Positions 39,809 to 49,256 of a DNA stretch of 64,000 bases are shown piece by piece (within the stretch, counting starts at the first letter, position 1; each line of letters opens with the position of its first letter). Under the pieces are notes generated by a model. It was not told the origin of the DNA and ran no database searches. It was given only the letters and a program-made list of their open reading frames with translations. A program made the translations under genes and the position numbers. This DNA is from an uncultured Nitrospinaceae bacterium (GTDB lineage Bacteria; UBA8248), in assembly GCA_964005815.1 (NCBI GenBank), contig CAXFSR010000017.1, forward strand, positions 96,001 to 160,000, written 5' to 3'.

Positions 39809-40501
39809 ATGTTTCGAATTTTTTGTCTGTCAATCATATCAATCCTTGCTCTAGTTTCTTGTACCCATTTTCTATTCCAAGAAAGCAAAGGAGAGAAAAT
39901 TAATTTATTAAGAGAATCCATATACAAAGAGCATCAATTGTTAAAAGAAGAGTTCGTAAAACTTGATACTGAAGGCAGTCTTGAATTATGTGTCCCTGAG
40001 AATTTTCAAATGATACGTTTTCTCATTTTCCAAATTTCTAGCATGAAAGATGAAGAAAATGAAAATCTCGTAATCAATCTTATAAATAAGTCTTTAAGAA
40101 GAATCAAAGATGCAAAGCTACAATTATACAATAAGAATTGTGTAGACAGAGACGGAGACGGACTAATGGATATTGATGAAAAAAGAAAATTTTTTACAAA
40201 TCCTAAAAAATCAGATACTGATGGAGATGGGCTTTCAGACAAAGACGAAATTATTAAATACCGAACGAATCCTATCAAAAGAGATACAGATGAAGATTTT
40301 CTGAATGATGGTCATGAGGTTATTCTGAATTTGAATCCAATAAACAGAGATAGTGATTTGGATGGATATTCCGACGGTTTAGAGGTAAAATCTGGATCAG
40401 ACCCATTAAATCAATGCTCTCAGCCATTAAAAGGTAAGCGTTTTAAGGCTCCATGGGCAAAGTGTAATGGTTCGGTGACAAAACATAAAATTTTAAAATA
40501 A
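39809..40501 (+). CDS. Putative lipoprotein with four DxDxDG Ca-binding (thrombospondin type 3-like) repeats
   Basis: Signal ending LVSC; repeats DRDGDGLMD, DTDGDGLSD, DTDEDFLND, DSDLDGYSD. Confidence 0.75.
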   Translation: MFRIFCLSIISILALVSCTHFLFQESKGEKINLLRESIYKEHQLLKEEFVKLDTEGSLELCVPENFQMIRFLIFQISSMKDEENENLVINLINKSLRRIKDAKLQLYNKNCVDRDGDGLMDIDEKRKFFTNPKKSDTDGDGLSDKDEIIKYRTNPIKRDTDEDFLNDGHEVILNLNPINRDSDLDGYSDGLEVKSGSDPLNQCSQPLKGKRFKAPWAKCNGSVTKHKILK

Positions 40502-40524
40502 ACAATCTTTTTGGAGATTAAAGA

Positions 40525-42216
40525 ATGGAAAATGGCGAAAGAAAGCTAAATGTTTTTAGCAGAAGGATTACTGAACCCCCATCACAAGCTGCTTCACAAG
40601 CCATGCTTTATGGAGCTGGCCTAGATGAAACAGATATGCAAAATCCACAAATTGGAATTGCAAGTATGTGGTGGGAAGGCAATTCATGCAATTTTCATCT
40701 AAATAGACTAGCCGAAATAATAAAACATAGTATTTCTGAGAACAAAAAAATGGTGGGTTTGATTTTCAATACGATAGGAGTAAGCGACGGAATTTCTATG
40801 GGAACGGAAGGAATGAAATACTCTTTGCAATCAAGAGATATAATCGCAGATTCTATCGAAACAGTGGTGAGTGCTCAATGGTACGATGGATTAGTTACAC
40901 TCCCAGGTTGTGACAAAAATATGCCTGGTTCATTAATTGCAATGGCAAGATTAAACAGACCAAGTTTAATGGTGTATGGCGGCACAATCAGTCCTGGTTT
41001 TCTGGATGGAAAAAAACTAGATGTAGTATCCGCCTTCCAAGCATACGGAGAATTTTTTAGCGGTAAAATTGAAAAAAATGATTTAGATAAAATCATTCGA
41101 CATTCTTGTCCGAGTGGTGGAGCGTGTGGTGGAATGTATACGGCGAACACGATGTCTTCTGCTATTGAGTCCCTTGGAATGAGTCTCCCATTTAGCGCTT
41201 CAAACCCTGCTATGAGTGATGACAAAAAGAAGGAATGCTCAAATATTGGTGACGCCATGTACAATCTACTAGAAAAAAATATCTTACCCAGCGATATAAT
41301 GACTAAACAAGCATTTGAAAATGCCATTACGATAATCATGGCACTTGGTGGGTCTACAAATGCAGTTATGCATATGATAGCTATTGCAAAAGCGATAAAT
41401 GTTGAACTTACTATTGATGATTTTCAGAAGATAAGCGACAAAACTCCCTATATAGCAGACTTAAAACCAAGCGGAAAATATGTAATGGAAGATCTTCATA
41501 ACGAAGGAGGAGTTCCTGCTGTTCAAAAGCTTCTTCTGAAAGAAGGATATATTGACGGGAATTGCCTTACCGTAACAGGAAAAACTCTAGCAGAGAATAT
41601 TGATATCCTTCCCGGATTGTCTGAAGGACAAAAAATTATTTTTCCTGTAAGCAGCCCAATCAAACAATCTGGGCATTTACAAATCTTATATGGCAATCTA
41701 GCGAAAGAAGGATCTGTTGCAAAAATCACAGGAAAAGAAGGAGAAAGATTTGAAGGTCCTGCTAAAGTTTTTGATTCTGAAGAAGAAGCCTTAAAAGGGC
41801 TAGAAGATAATACTATCCATAAAGGCGATGTTGTAATTATAAGATATGAAGGACCGAAAGGTGGTCCAGGAATGAGAGAAATGCTAACCGTCACTTCAGC
41901 CATTATGGGCGCAGGGTTAGGAAATGATTTGGCACTCATAACAGATGGCAGATTCTCTGGAGGAACACATGGATTTGTTGTGGGTCATGTTACTCCAGAA
42001 GCTCAAGAAGGCGGATTAATTGCTCTAATAGAAGATGGAGATACTATCCTTATTGATGCGATTGAAAGAGTCATGGAACTAAAAATATCAGAAGAAGAAA
42101 TTCAAAAAAGAAGAACAGCATGGTCAGAACCACCTTTGAAGTTTACAAAAGGGACTCTATATAAATACGCAAAATGTGTTTCATCTGCTTCTGAGGGTTG
42201 TGTAACTGACGCATAA
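40525..42216 (+). CDS. ilvD: Dihydroxy-acid dehydratase
   Basis: [36 protein letters not shown]. Confidence 0.97.
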   Translation: MENGERKLNVFSRRITEPPSQAASQAMLYGAGLDETDMQNPQIGIASMWWEGNSCNFHLNRLAEIIKHSISENKKMVGLIFNTIGVSDGISMGTEGMKYSLQSRDIIADSIETVVSAQWYDGLVTLPGCDKNMPGSLIAMARLNRPSLMVYGGTISPGFLDGKKLDVVSAFQAYGEFFSGKIEKNDLDKIIRHSCPSGGACGGMYTANTMSSAIESLGMSLPFSASNPAMSDDKKKECSNIGDAMYNLLEKNILPSDIMTKQAFENAITIIMALGGSTNAVMHMIAIAKAINVELTIDDFQKISDKTPYIADLKPSGKYVMEDLHNEGGVPAVQKLLLKEGYIDGNCLTVTGKTLAENIDILPGLSEGQKIIFPVSSPIKQSGHLQILYGNLAKEGSVAKITGKEGERFEGPAKVFDSEEEALKGLEDNTIHKGDVVIIRYEGPKGGPGMREMLTVTSAIMGAGLGNDLALITDGRFSGGTHGFVVGHVTPEAQEGGLIALIEDGDTILIDAIERVMELKISEEEIQKRRTAWSEPPLKFTKGTLYKYAKCVSSASEGCVTDA

Positions 42217-42256
42217 AGTAATAATTAACATTTCATGATATTAAACAGGTCCTTAC

Positions 42257-42952
42257 ATGTCTAAAGTAAAGTCGTACATGCCAGTTGTCTTAAAGATAAT
42301 AGAAGAAAAAAAACCTCATGCGATCTTGGATGCACCATCTGGAAATGGATGGCTCAAAACTATGGGAGATAACTCAACTGAGATTGACGGTATAGACCTA
42401 TATGAAGACAAACCAGAAGGATATAGAAATTTTCATTCCTCAAACTTAGAGTTTGGATTGCCTTCAGAACTTCCAAAATATGACGCTATAGTTTCATGTG
42501 AAGGAATAGAACACATCGGAAATCCATCTCTCTTTTTAGAATCAGTTTTCAAACACCTTCAAAAAGGAGGTATTTTCGTAGTTACCACACCAAACATCTG
42601 GTATCCCTTGTCAAAATTAAAATATCTTTTTTGTGGATTTTTTCCTAGTTATTCAAATTTAATAGGCAGAATGAAACCTGGGGCACATATGCATATTATG
42701 CCGTGGTCGTTTCCTTGGTTATACACATTTTTGAAAATGGCAAAATTTGAGGAAATAAAAATATACGAAGTTGATGAAAAAAAACCAAAACATTTCATAG
42801 AAAAGATATTTGGGTTTCCACAAAAAATTTATTGCAAATCAAAACACAGAAAAAGTAAAACCAAAGAAGAAAGAGACTTTTGGGAATTATGCAGTACACC
42901 CCAATCACTTTATGGAAGAAGATTAGTTGTTAGTGCGACAAAAAAATCTTAA
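42257..42952 (+). CDS. Class I SAM-dependent methyltransferase
   Basis: LDAPSGNG, EGIEH, GG..VVTTPN. Confidence 0.85.
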   Translation: MSKVKSYMPVVLKIIEEKKPHAILDAPSGNGWLKTMGDNSTEIDGIDLYEDKPEGYRNFHSSNLEFGLPSELPKYDAIVSCEGIEHIGNPSLFLESVFKHLQKGGIFVVTTPNIWYPLSKLKYLFCGFFPSYSNLIGRMKPGAHMHIMPWSFPWLYTFLKMAKFEEIKIYEVDEKKPKHFIEKIFGFPQKIYCKSKHRKSKTKEERDFWELCSTPQSLYGRRLVVSATKKS

Positions 42953-42953
42953 A

Positions 42954-43355
42954 TCAACAACTTTCAAGAATTAATGACTTAATTTTTTTGTTCGCTGGGG
43001 GAAAAGAATAGTTTTTAAGTTCTAAAGGAAAAATCCATTTGTGCTCTAAAACAAAATTGTTGGACACTTTATTGGAACTAACATGACATTCATAAAAAAA
43101 TAAATCCACTTCAAAATTTTGATAAGTATGCTTAGTTTCTAATAATAATTTATTCACAATCACATCAATTGAGAGTTCTTCATTCAATTCTCTTCTTAGA
43201 GCTTCACTATCAGATTCATCTTTTTCGACTTTCCCTCCTGGAAACTCCCATTTTCCTCCCATATGAACATTGAGAGGTCTTTTAGTTATTAAGATCTTTT
43301 TTTCATAAAAGACTATCCCGGCAACTACTTTTATTTTTTGTAAATTTGAATTCAT
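42954..43355 (-). CDS. mutT: 8-oxo-dGTP diphosphatase / NUDIX hydrolase
   Basis: WEFPGGKVE..E....ALRRELNEEL Nudix box, FPPAN. Confidence 0.88.
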   Translation of the reverse strand: MNSNLQKIKVVAGIVFYEKKILITKRPLNVHMGGKWEFPGGKVEKDESDSEALRRELNEELSIDVIVNKLLLETKHTYQNFEVDLFFYECHVSSNKVSNNFVLEHKWIFPLELKNYSFPPANKKIKSLILESC

Positions 43356-43368
43356 AGAAAATCCAAAA

Positions 43369-44142
43369 TCAAACGATTATAGGTTCAATAAGAGTCTCGT
43401 AAATACTAACCTTGCCTAAAGAAATCGCATCTTGTAAATCTTCATCACTTTCAAACTTAATCTTAGGAATTGTCAAAGAAGGTATACGGATTAACAGAGA
43501 ATCTTCAACGAATGGCCATGGAGATATTTCCATTTTTTCTAAATTTTCATTAATCTTTACTTTAACAGAACCCTTCAAAAGTGAAGTGATAACATTCGGC
43601 TTTGGAGTTATTTCTGGCGCACGACAAAGCAAAAGGGAAAGAGTATCAGAAAACCTTAAAAGTTCAGTTAGACTCTCTTTGTGGAGGTTCTCAATTTCCC
43701 TCATTCTTTTCTTTAATTCCCTTTGCCTATTTTCTTCTTGATAAACAAAATTGTTTAGTGTTTTAAATTGTGATTCTGGAGCGTCATCCATTCCTACTTT
43801 AGCAAGCCTGTAAAAATGCATACTTACCAAATACCCAGAAAAAGCTGAAAAACGTTCACAGATTTTAATACTCTCTTCCCATAATCCAACTACATTTTCA
43901 GGAGTTGTAGAAAAAAAACTAAAAGGCATTTGAATTTTTCTGTCAAGAATCGGGTTTAAATCTAAATCGTACCATCCAACATCATGATTATCTATTGCAA
44001 AGAAAGTTGAATCTTTCAAAAGTTGATTAACTTCAGGTACAATATGATTTCCCTTCCAATTTCTCGCAATCGTACCTGAAACACGTGCATGATCATGCTG
44101 TGTTGTTAGTCTTATACTTTTCTCAAAACTAGAAACTATCAT
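43369..44142 (-). CDS. DUF3891 family protein
   Basis: TQHDHA..SG..A..W, AI.NHD.GW, LVSMH; ATG at 44142. Confidence 0.8.
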   Translation of the reverse strand: MIVSSFEKSIRLTTQHDHARVSGTIARNWKGNHIVPEVNQLLKDSTFFAIDNHDVGWYDLDLNPILDRKIQMPFSFFSTTPENVVGLWEESIKICERFSAFSGYLVSMHFYRLAKVGMDDAPESQFKTLNNFVYQEENRQRELKKRMREIENLHKESLTELLRFSDTLSLLLCRAPEITPKPNVITSLLKGSVKVKINENLEKMEISPWPFVEDSLLIRIPSLTIPKIKFESDEDLQDAISLGKVSIYETLIEPIIV

Positions 44143-44261
44143 TAGTAACTCAAAATTAAAAAAAAACGACAAAAACGTAATTTCATATTACCAAAGCTTT
44201 AAAAGATCGTTAAAATATAATTTTATTTAGTATTAGAAAAGTTAATCTTCTAGAGAATAAT

Positions 44262-45689
44262 ATGAACAATCACAACAAAGAGAAAATCAAAGAATTGATC
44301 GAAACACAATATTTAGATTTCGACGAGCCTTTCAAAACGAGTTCTGGTCAAGTACTCGAAAAGATAAAAGTTGCTTATGAAACATACGGCAAATTAAATG
44401 CAAAAAAAGATAATGCAATACTTGTAATACATGCTTTAACCGGAGATGCACACGCAGCAGGATATCACAATAAAGATGATATCCGTCCTGGTTGGTGGGA
44501 TCCAATGATTGGTCCAGAAAAAGCTCTAGATACCAACAAATATTTTGTAATTTGCACTAACAATCTAGGAGGTTGTTCAGGGACTACTGGGCCAAGTTCA
44601 GTGAATCCATCAAGTGGCAAATCCTATCATATGAACTTCCCTGTCGTCACAGTCGAGGATACAGTTGAATTACAAATGAAAACATTACAAGCACTCGGGA
44701 TTACAGGTCTTAAAACTGTTATTGGTGGTTCACTCGCTGGAATGCAGACTTTAGAATGGGGAATACGTTACAGTGAATTTTGTGAATCTATAATTCCTGT
44801 TGCTGCTGCTGCTTGTCTAAATCCCATGGGGATAGCATGGAATAAAATCGGTCGTCACGCAATTATGACTGATCAAAATTGGAGTGAGGGGAATTATAGC
44901 AAGTCAGAAAATCCCTCTAAGGGATTAATGACTGCACGTATGATTGCTCATATAACTTATTTAAGTAATAGAATAATGTGGGAAAAATTTGGAAGAAAAA
45001 CTAAAGAAAACGAAAATCTTCTTGAAGATGTAAACGCTCGATATGAAGTTGAAAGATACTTAGATTATCAAGGGGAAAAGTTTTCAAATCGTTTTGATGC
45101 AAATTCCTATATTTATCTTACTAGAATGATGGATCTCTATGATATAAAATCTAACTCTAATTCTCTCAAAGATGCCCTTAAAACATTAAATACTAATTGC
45201 TGTTTAATTAGTTTCATCTCTGATTGGTTGTTCCCAACTGAATGTAGTACGGAAATAGCTGAATCATTACAAGAGATTCAGAAAAAAGTCGAACTGCATA
45301 CAGTTGAATCGACATATGGTCATGATGCGTTTCTAGTTCAATACGACAAACTTACACAGATAGTACAAAATTTTTTAGACCGTGTTGAGAAAAAAGATGA
45401 AATTGGTATACACGGATTTGAAATTCCTAGCAAAACTAGAAGATTTGTGCTTACTTTTCCATCCACTCAAGTAAGTTTGCCTGTTTTGTGGGAACTAGGA
45501 AAAAAATTTGAATTAGAGGTTAACATCATAAGAGGAGAAGTAAATACGAACTCAGGATGGCAGGTATGCGAGTTCAAAGGGGATGACGAAGTGGTTCAAT
45601 CCGTTGTAAAGTATCTTAGAGATCGAGGTATTTGGGTAGATGAAGGTGGTTATGGAAAAATAGATCACGACAGAGCTGAGGTTGTCTAG
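44262..45689 (+). CDS. metX: Homoserine O-acetyltransferase with C-terminal NIL domain
   Basis: HALTGDAH, GWWD.MIG, GGSLAG, RFDANSY, SDWLFP, YGHDAFL; extra C-terminal domain with NII motif. Confidence 0.9.
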   Translation: MNNHNKEKIKELIETQYLDFDEPFKTSSGQVLEKIKVAYETYGKLNAKKDNAILVIHALTGDAHAAGYHNKDDIRPGWWDPMIGPEKALDTNKYFVICTNNLGGCSGTTGPSSVNPSSGKSYHMNFPVVTVEDTVELQMKTLQALGITGLKTVIGGSLAGMQTLEWGIRYSEFCESIIPVAAAACLNPMGIAWNKIGRHAIMTDQNWSEGNYSKSENPSKGLMTARMIAHITYLSNRIMWEKFGRKTKENENLLEDVNARYEVERYLDYQGEKFSNRFDANSYIYLTRMMDLYDIKSNSNSLKDALKTLNTNCCLISFISDWLFPTECSTEIAESLQEIQKKVELHTVESTYGHDAFLVQYDKLTQIVQNFLDRVEKKDEIGIHGFEIPSKTRRFVLTFPSTQVSLPVLWELGKKFELEVNIIRGEVNTNSGWQVCEFKGDDEVVQSVVKYLRDRGIWVDEGGYGKIDHDRAEVV

Positions 45690-45729
45690 ACATTAACTAT
45701 TATTGTTTCAATGTTGTAAAGGAGAAATT

Positions 45730-46362
45730 ATGAGCAAATTAGAAGAACCAATCATCGTTACAAAATATTCTGACTTCACATGACCTTTTTGTTATGTTGC
45801 CACTGTAGGTGGAACCCCAGTTTTAGAAGAAGATCCTGACATCCAAGTTGAATGGGTTTCTTGGGAGGGAAGACCCCCCGAACAACCATTCGCTCCTTAT
45901 ACAACAGAGAAGAAATTGGAATTATATAACACAAAGTTCAAACCACTTGCAGATAAATATAATGTTCCAATAAATCCTCCAGAAAAGAATTGCAGAACAA
46001 CGAATGCCCATTTAGCAACAATATATTCTCGAGAAAAAGGAAAATTGAAAGAATATAGAAACAGGATTTATAAGGCTCGATGGGTAGAAGACTTAGACAT
46101 CGAAGATCCTGAAACTCTCTTACAACTTGGAGAAGAAGTTGGTCTAGATAGCAAAGAAATAAAAAAAGTTATCGATGAGAAACAGTATCTATCTGTTTTA
46201 CATAGCCAAAGATCACAAGGAAAAAGTTTAGGGATTTTTGGTATTCCCTCATTCGTTATAAGAGGAAAGATTTTTTGGGGAGTAGATGTAATTGAAGAAT
46301 TAAAAGAAGAAATTGACCGTGTAAAGCAAAAACTTATAGAAGAACAAGAAAAAGAAGATTAA
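45730..46362 (+). CDS. DsbA/FrnE-like selenoprotein 2 (210 aa, Sec at codon 18; MSKLEEPIIVTKYSDFTUPFCYVAT...)
   Basis: AAGGAG RBS, ATG 45730; TGA 45781-45783 gives UxxC in SDFTUPFCY; in frame with 45916..46362; GIFGIPSF and FWG motifs. Confidence 0.92.
45796..45815 (+). promoter_or_regulatory. Putative SECIS hairpin (GTT-G-CCACT-GTA-GGTGG-AAC)
   Basis: Stem with bulge and G-led loop, nt 13-32 after TGA. Confidence 0.7.
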
Positions 46363-46369
46363 TTCTCTA

Positions 46370-46765
46370 TTATTTTTTGGGGATATGGGCAATCGCTTCA
46401 ATTTCAACAATATCGTCTTGATTCAGTCCAGAAATTTCAACAATAGTTCTTGTTGGAAGATTTTTCCCAAAAAATTCTTCATATAATTCGTTTATAATCG
46501 GTCTAGAATTTTTCATGTCTGTTACGTAGACAGTAGTGGAAACTATATCCTGCATACAACCTCCCCTACTTTCGACAATAGATTTCAGATTAATTATAGT
46601 CTGCCGAGTACGTTTCTCAATATCATATTCGACCAATTGATTATTTTTAGGATCTATTCCTCTCTGACCAGAAATAAAGAAAATGTCTCCAATTTGGCGA
46701 ACCTGAACGAAAGGACCAGTAGGATTAGGTATGGAATCTTCAAAGGATTGATGAAGTGAATTCAA
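46370..46765 (-). CDS. RidA (YjgF/YER057c/UK114) family protein
   Basis: GPF.Q, FISGQ, PTR..V, VEIEAIA. Confidence 0.9.
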   Translation of the reverse strand: MNSLHQSFEDSIPNPTGPFVQVRQIGDIFFISGQRGIDPKNNQLVEYDIEKRTRQTIINLKSIVESRGGCMQDIVSTTVYVTDMKNSRPIINELYEEFFGKNLPTRTIVEISGLNQDDIVEIEAIAHIPKK

Positions 46766-46785
46766 ATTAAAAACCTATATATTCT

Positions 46786-47016
46786 TTATTTTTTTTTGCC
46801 TTTACTAGGCAATTCTTCGGGAAAAGTATTCTTTAACCACTGCTGAGCAAGGATAAGACTTGCTGTATCATCTTTTCCAGGAACAAAAGCTATAGATTCT
46901 TCAATACGAGTACCGTCTTCATTCAACATAAAAACATCTACTCCAGAACCGTATAGTTCATCTGTACGTGATTCTAAAGAATATTTAACGCCATTGTTTT
47001 CTATCTCTTGTGACAT
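46786..47016 (-). CDS. Hypothetical protein (76 aa)
   Basis: Perfect AAGGAGG RBS before ATG; co-oriented with neighbours. Confidence 0.75.
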   Translation of the reverse strand: MSQEIENNGVKYSLESRTDELYGSGVDVFMLNEDGTRIEESIAFVPGKDDTASLILAQQWLKNTFPEELPSKGKKK

Positions 47017-47206
47017 ACTACCTCCTTTTTGAAAAGTACAATAACAATTCTAACAAGCACAAACACTAACATCAAATATTTTTTTTGATATTAAGTTCAC
47101 TATATAATTCATGTTCCAATCCGTCATATATAATTTCTAGTTAATCAAAGATTATCCACAATGGAATGCTGACTGCATCCATTCTTTCTCTATCTATGAG
47201 AAAAGA

Positions 47207-47743
47207 TTAGTAGAAACCTATAAACTTCACATCTACATCCGCATTAAAATCTTTACCAAAAGCAACTATTCCAATTGATAGAATTTCTAATGAAGAGAAA
47301 TTACTTGACTGATACCAATTAGAACTTTGAAATCCTGAAAAAGGCAAATCAATTGTAACCCAATCACTACTCGTTTTAAATTTTGATGAGTAGTACTGCC
47401 AAGGGAACCACATATCTTTTGTCCTAATATGCACAAAGTAGGATTCTCCATTTCCCCTAACCGTGATTCTTACTCCTTTCAATTCTTTCTTCAACTTTTT
47501 TTTGAATTTAGTACGAAATTGGATAAATCCTCCATTGTTTTCTGTACTAACCTGTCCCTGCATTTTATAAAAACGATCGTTATTTATACTTTTAAAATAA
47601 AGCTTTCCTTTTGAGACTCCTCCCATCACTGTATCTGCAATAAACGACCATTTACTCCTTTCTAGATTAATTAGATTCTCTGCAAAAACATCTTTTGTAA
47701 AAACTAAAAGAAAAAAGAGTAAAAGAGAAAAAAAAACTTTCAT
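47207..47743 (-). CDS. CIA30 (NDUFAF1-like) family protein with signal peptide
   Basis: DTVMGGVS, G.VSTENNGGFIQ, VRGNG. Confidence 0.9.
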   Translation of the reverse strand: MKVFFSLLLFFLLVFTKDVFAENLINLERSKWSFIADTVMGGVSKGKLYFKSINNDRFYKMQGQVSTENNGGFIQFRTKFKKKLKKELKGVRITVRGNGESYFVHIRTKDMWFPWQYYSSKFKTSSDWVTIDLPFSGFQSSNWYQSSNFSSLEILSIGIVAFGKDFNADVDVKFIGFY

Positions 47744-47863
47744 TTTCTTGCCTCAACTTCAAGAAATGTAAAAAATTAAAACCTTCTCAAAACAGATAAA
47801 AAGAAGTACAATTAAATCACTTGGACGAGATTGATCTTACAGTGAAAAGGAATTCATTTAAAG

Positions 47864-48151
47864 ATGAACAAAATTACAATTATAAGTACTCTGATATGGG
47901 GATTTTTTCGTCATACTCTTTGTTGATGGCCCTCTGTTTTAACCGCTCTTGGTCTAGGAGCGACTACAGCTGGAGTTTTAGGAAGTGTATTAACTACACT
48001 TCAAGTTTATAGCTGGATCTTCTTGATTGTAGCAGTCATATCCTTTGGATGGACTTTCTGGAAAACCAGACATAATACTCATAAACAGAGAATCTTTGTT
48101 TATTTCTCTGGAATCTTTATTTTATTAGTATTCCTTTATAAATTTATTTAA
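47864..48151 (+). CDS. MerT/MerF-like membrane selenoprotein (95 aa, Cys20-Sec21; MNKITIISTLIWGFFRHTLCUWPSVLTALGLGA...)
   Basis: ATG 47864, TGT-TGA at 47921-47926, frame open to TAA 48149-48151; three hydrophobic segments; LCU.P..L..LG mirrors MerT CC..P..L..LG; SECIS-like hairpin. Confidence 0.75.
47944..47962 (+). promoter_or_regulatory. Putative SECIS hairpin (CGCTCTT-GGTCT-AGGAGCG)
   Basis: 7-bp stem, GGTCT loop resembling the E. coli fdhF SECIS loop, nt 18-36 after TGA. Confidence 0.7.
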
Positions 48152-48190
48152 AAAAAGAAGCCTTTCTTATAGAAACGAATAAAGTAAATA

Positions 48191-49156
48191 CTAACGCAAC
48201 ATCTCCTTCATTTTTAAAACGATTTCATTTGTGACATTTCCGCCTGTTACGGTAGCAACAGTAATTAAATCAGTATCTACTTTTTTAGACAAAAAAGCAG
48301 CAGCAGCTACTGCCCCTGCAGGTTCTGATAAGATTTTACTTCTATATAATATTTCAGAAAATGCATTTGCTATCTCTACCTCACTTACTAAAACAATTTC
48401 ATCCAGAAATTCTTGCAAATGACGAAATGGAAAAAAACCAGGACGCACTGCGGACAATCCATCAGCTATGGTATCCCAATAATCTATTGCAGTTGGTTCA
48501 CCTTTTTGAAGAGAAACATATGCAGCATTGGCCTTCTCAGGCTGAACACCTATTACTTTCACGTCAGGATTTGACAATTTTATTGCAGCAGAAATCCCTG
48601 CAGCCACGCCACCACTACTCACTGGAACTAAAACAACTTGCAAGTTCAACATATCTTCCAAAATCTCAAGACCAATAGTTCCATGTCCAACTGTTGCCAT
48701 TGGTTCTTCCCAAGTATCAATGGCAGTCATTCCCCGATCCTTCGCTATTTTTTCAACTATAGGTTGTCGAGAAAGGGCATCTGTACCGCAAAACACGACC
48801 TCTGCTCCGTAACCTCTTGTAGCGTTAACTTTATAAGGACTTGTTCTATCTAACATTACAACTACTATCTTCACCCCCAAGCATGACCCTGCGTAAGCAA
48901 AGGCTTGGGCAAAATTACCTGAAGATGTCAGCACTACCCCTTTTGAAAGTTGTTCTTTTGTTAAAGAGTTTAATATTGTGACAGCAGCTCTGATTTTATA
49001 GGCACCAGTCACTTGAAGATTCTCTGCCTTCAAAAAAAGTTTCTCTTTTCCAACATCAGAAGAATTAGAAGAAAATGGAATTAAAGGAGTTCTCCTAATC
49101 CAATTTGGAAATTGAGATCTTGCTCTTTCAATATCTTTTAATTGTACGTAATTCAA
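48191..49156 (-). CDS. PLP-dependent threonine/serine dehydratase family (no ACT domain)
   Basis: KAENLQ.TGAYK.R, SSGN, G.GTIGLEI, VPVSSGG, EPAGA, GGN. Confidence 0.88.
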   Translation of the reverse strand: MNYVQLKDIERARSQFPNWIRRTPLIPFSSNSSDVGKEKLFLKAENLQVTGAYKIRAAVTILNSLTKEQLSKGVVLTSSGNFAQAFAYAGSCLGVKIVVVMLDRTSPYKVNATRGYGAEVVFCGTDALSRQPIVEKIAKDRGMTAIDTWEEPMATVGHGTIGLEILEDMLNLQVVLVPVSSGGVAAGISAAIKLSNPDVKVIGVQPEKANAAYVSLQKGEPTAIDYWDTIADGLSAVRPGFFPFRHLQEFLDEIVLVSEVEIANAFSEILYRSKILSEPAGAVAAAAFLSKKVDTDLITVATVTGGNVTNEIVLKMKEMLR

Positions 49157-49256
49157 TTTATTGCCTTGAATAAAAAAAAATAATCGAATACTTTCTACTA
49201 GGTTTTATTAGAAGATTAAATTAAAAAAAGATTAATTTAAATTAAGTGACCAAATA

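Noticed and set aside
42930..42959. mutT ends in Cys-TGA, resembling a C-terminal Cys-Sec
   Set aside because: The protein is already full length, no GC-rich hairpin follows, and readthrough would run into the convergent gene.
47152..47182. Perfect DnaA box TTATCCACA plus a small hairpin in an intergenic region
   Set aside because: Single box with no cluster and no dnaA/dnaN nearby; insufficient for oriC. The hairpin matches no riboswitch I recognise.
47821..48012. 63-aa ORF from the track
   Set aside because: Not protein-like and overlaps the better-supported MerT-like frame starting at 47864.
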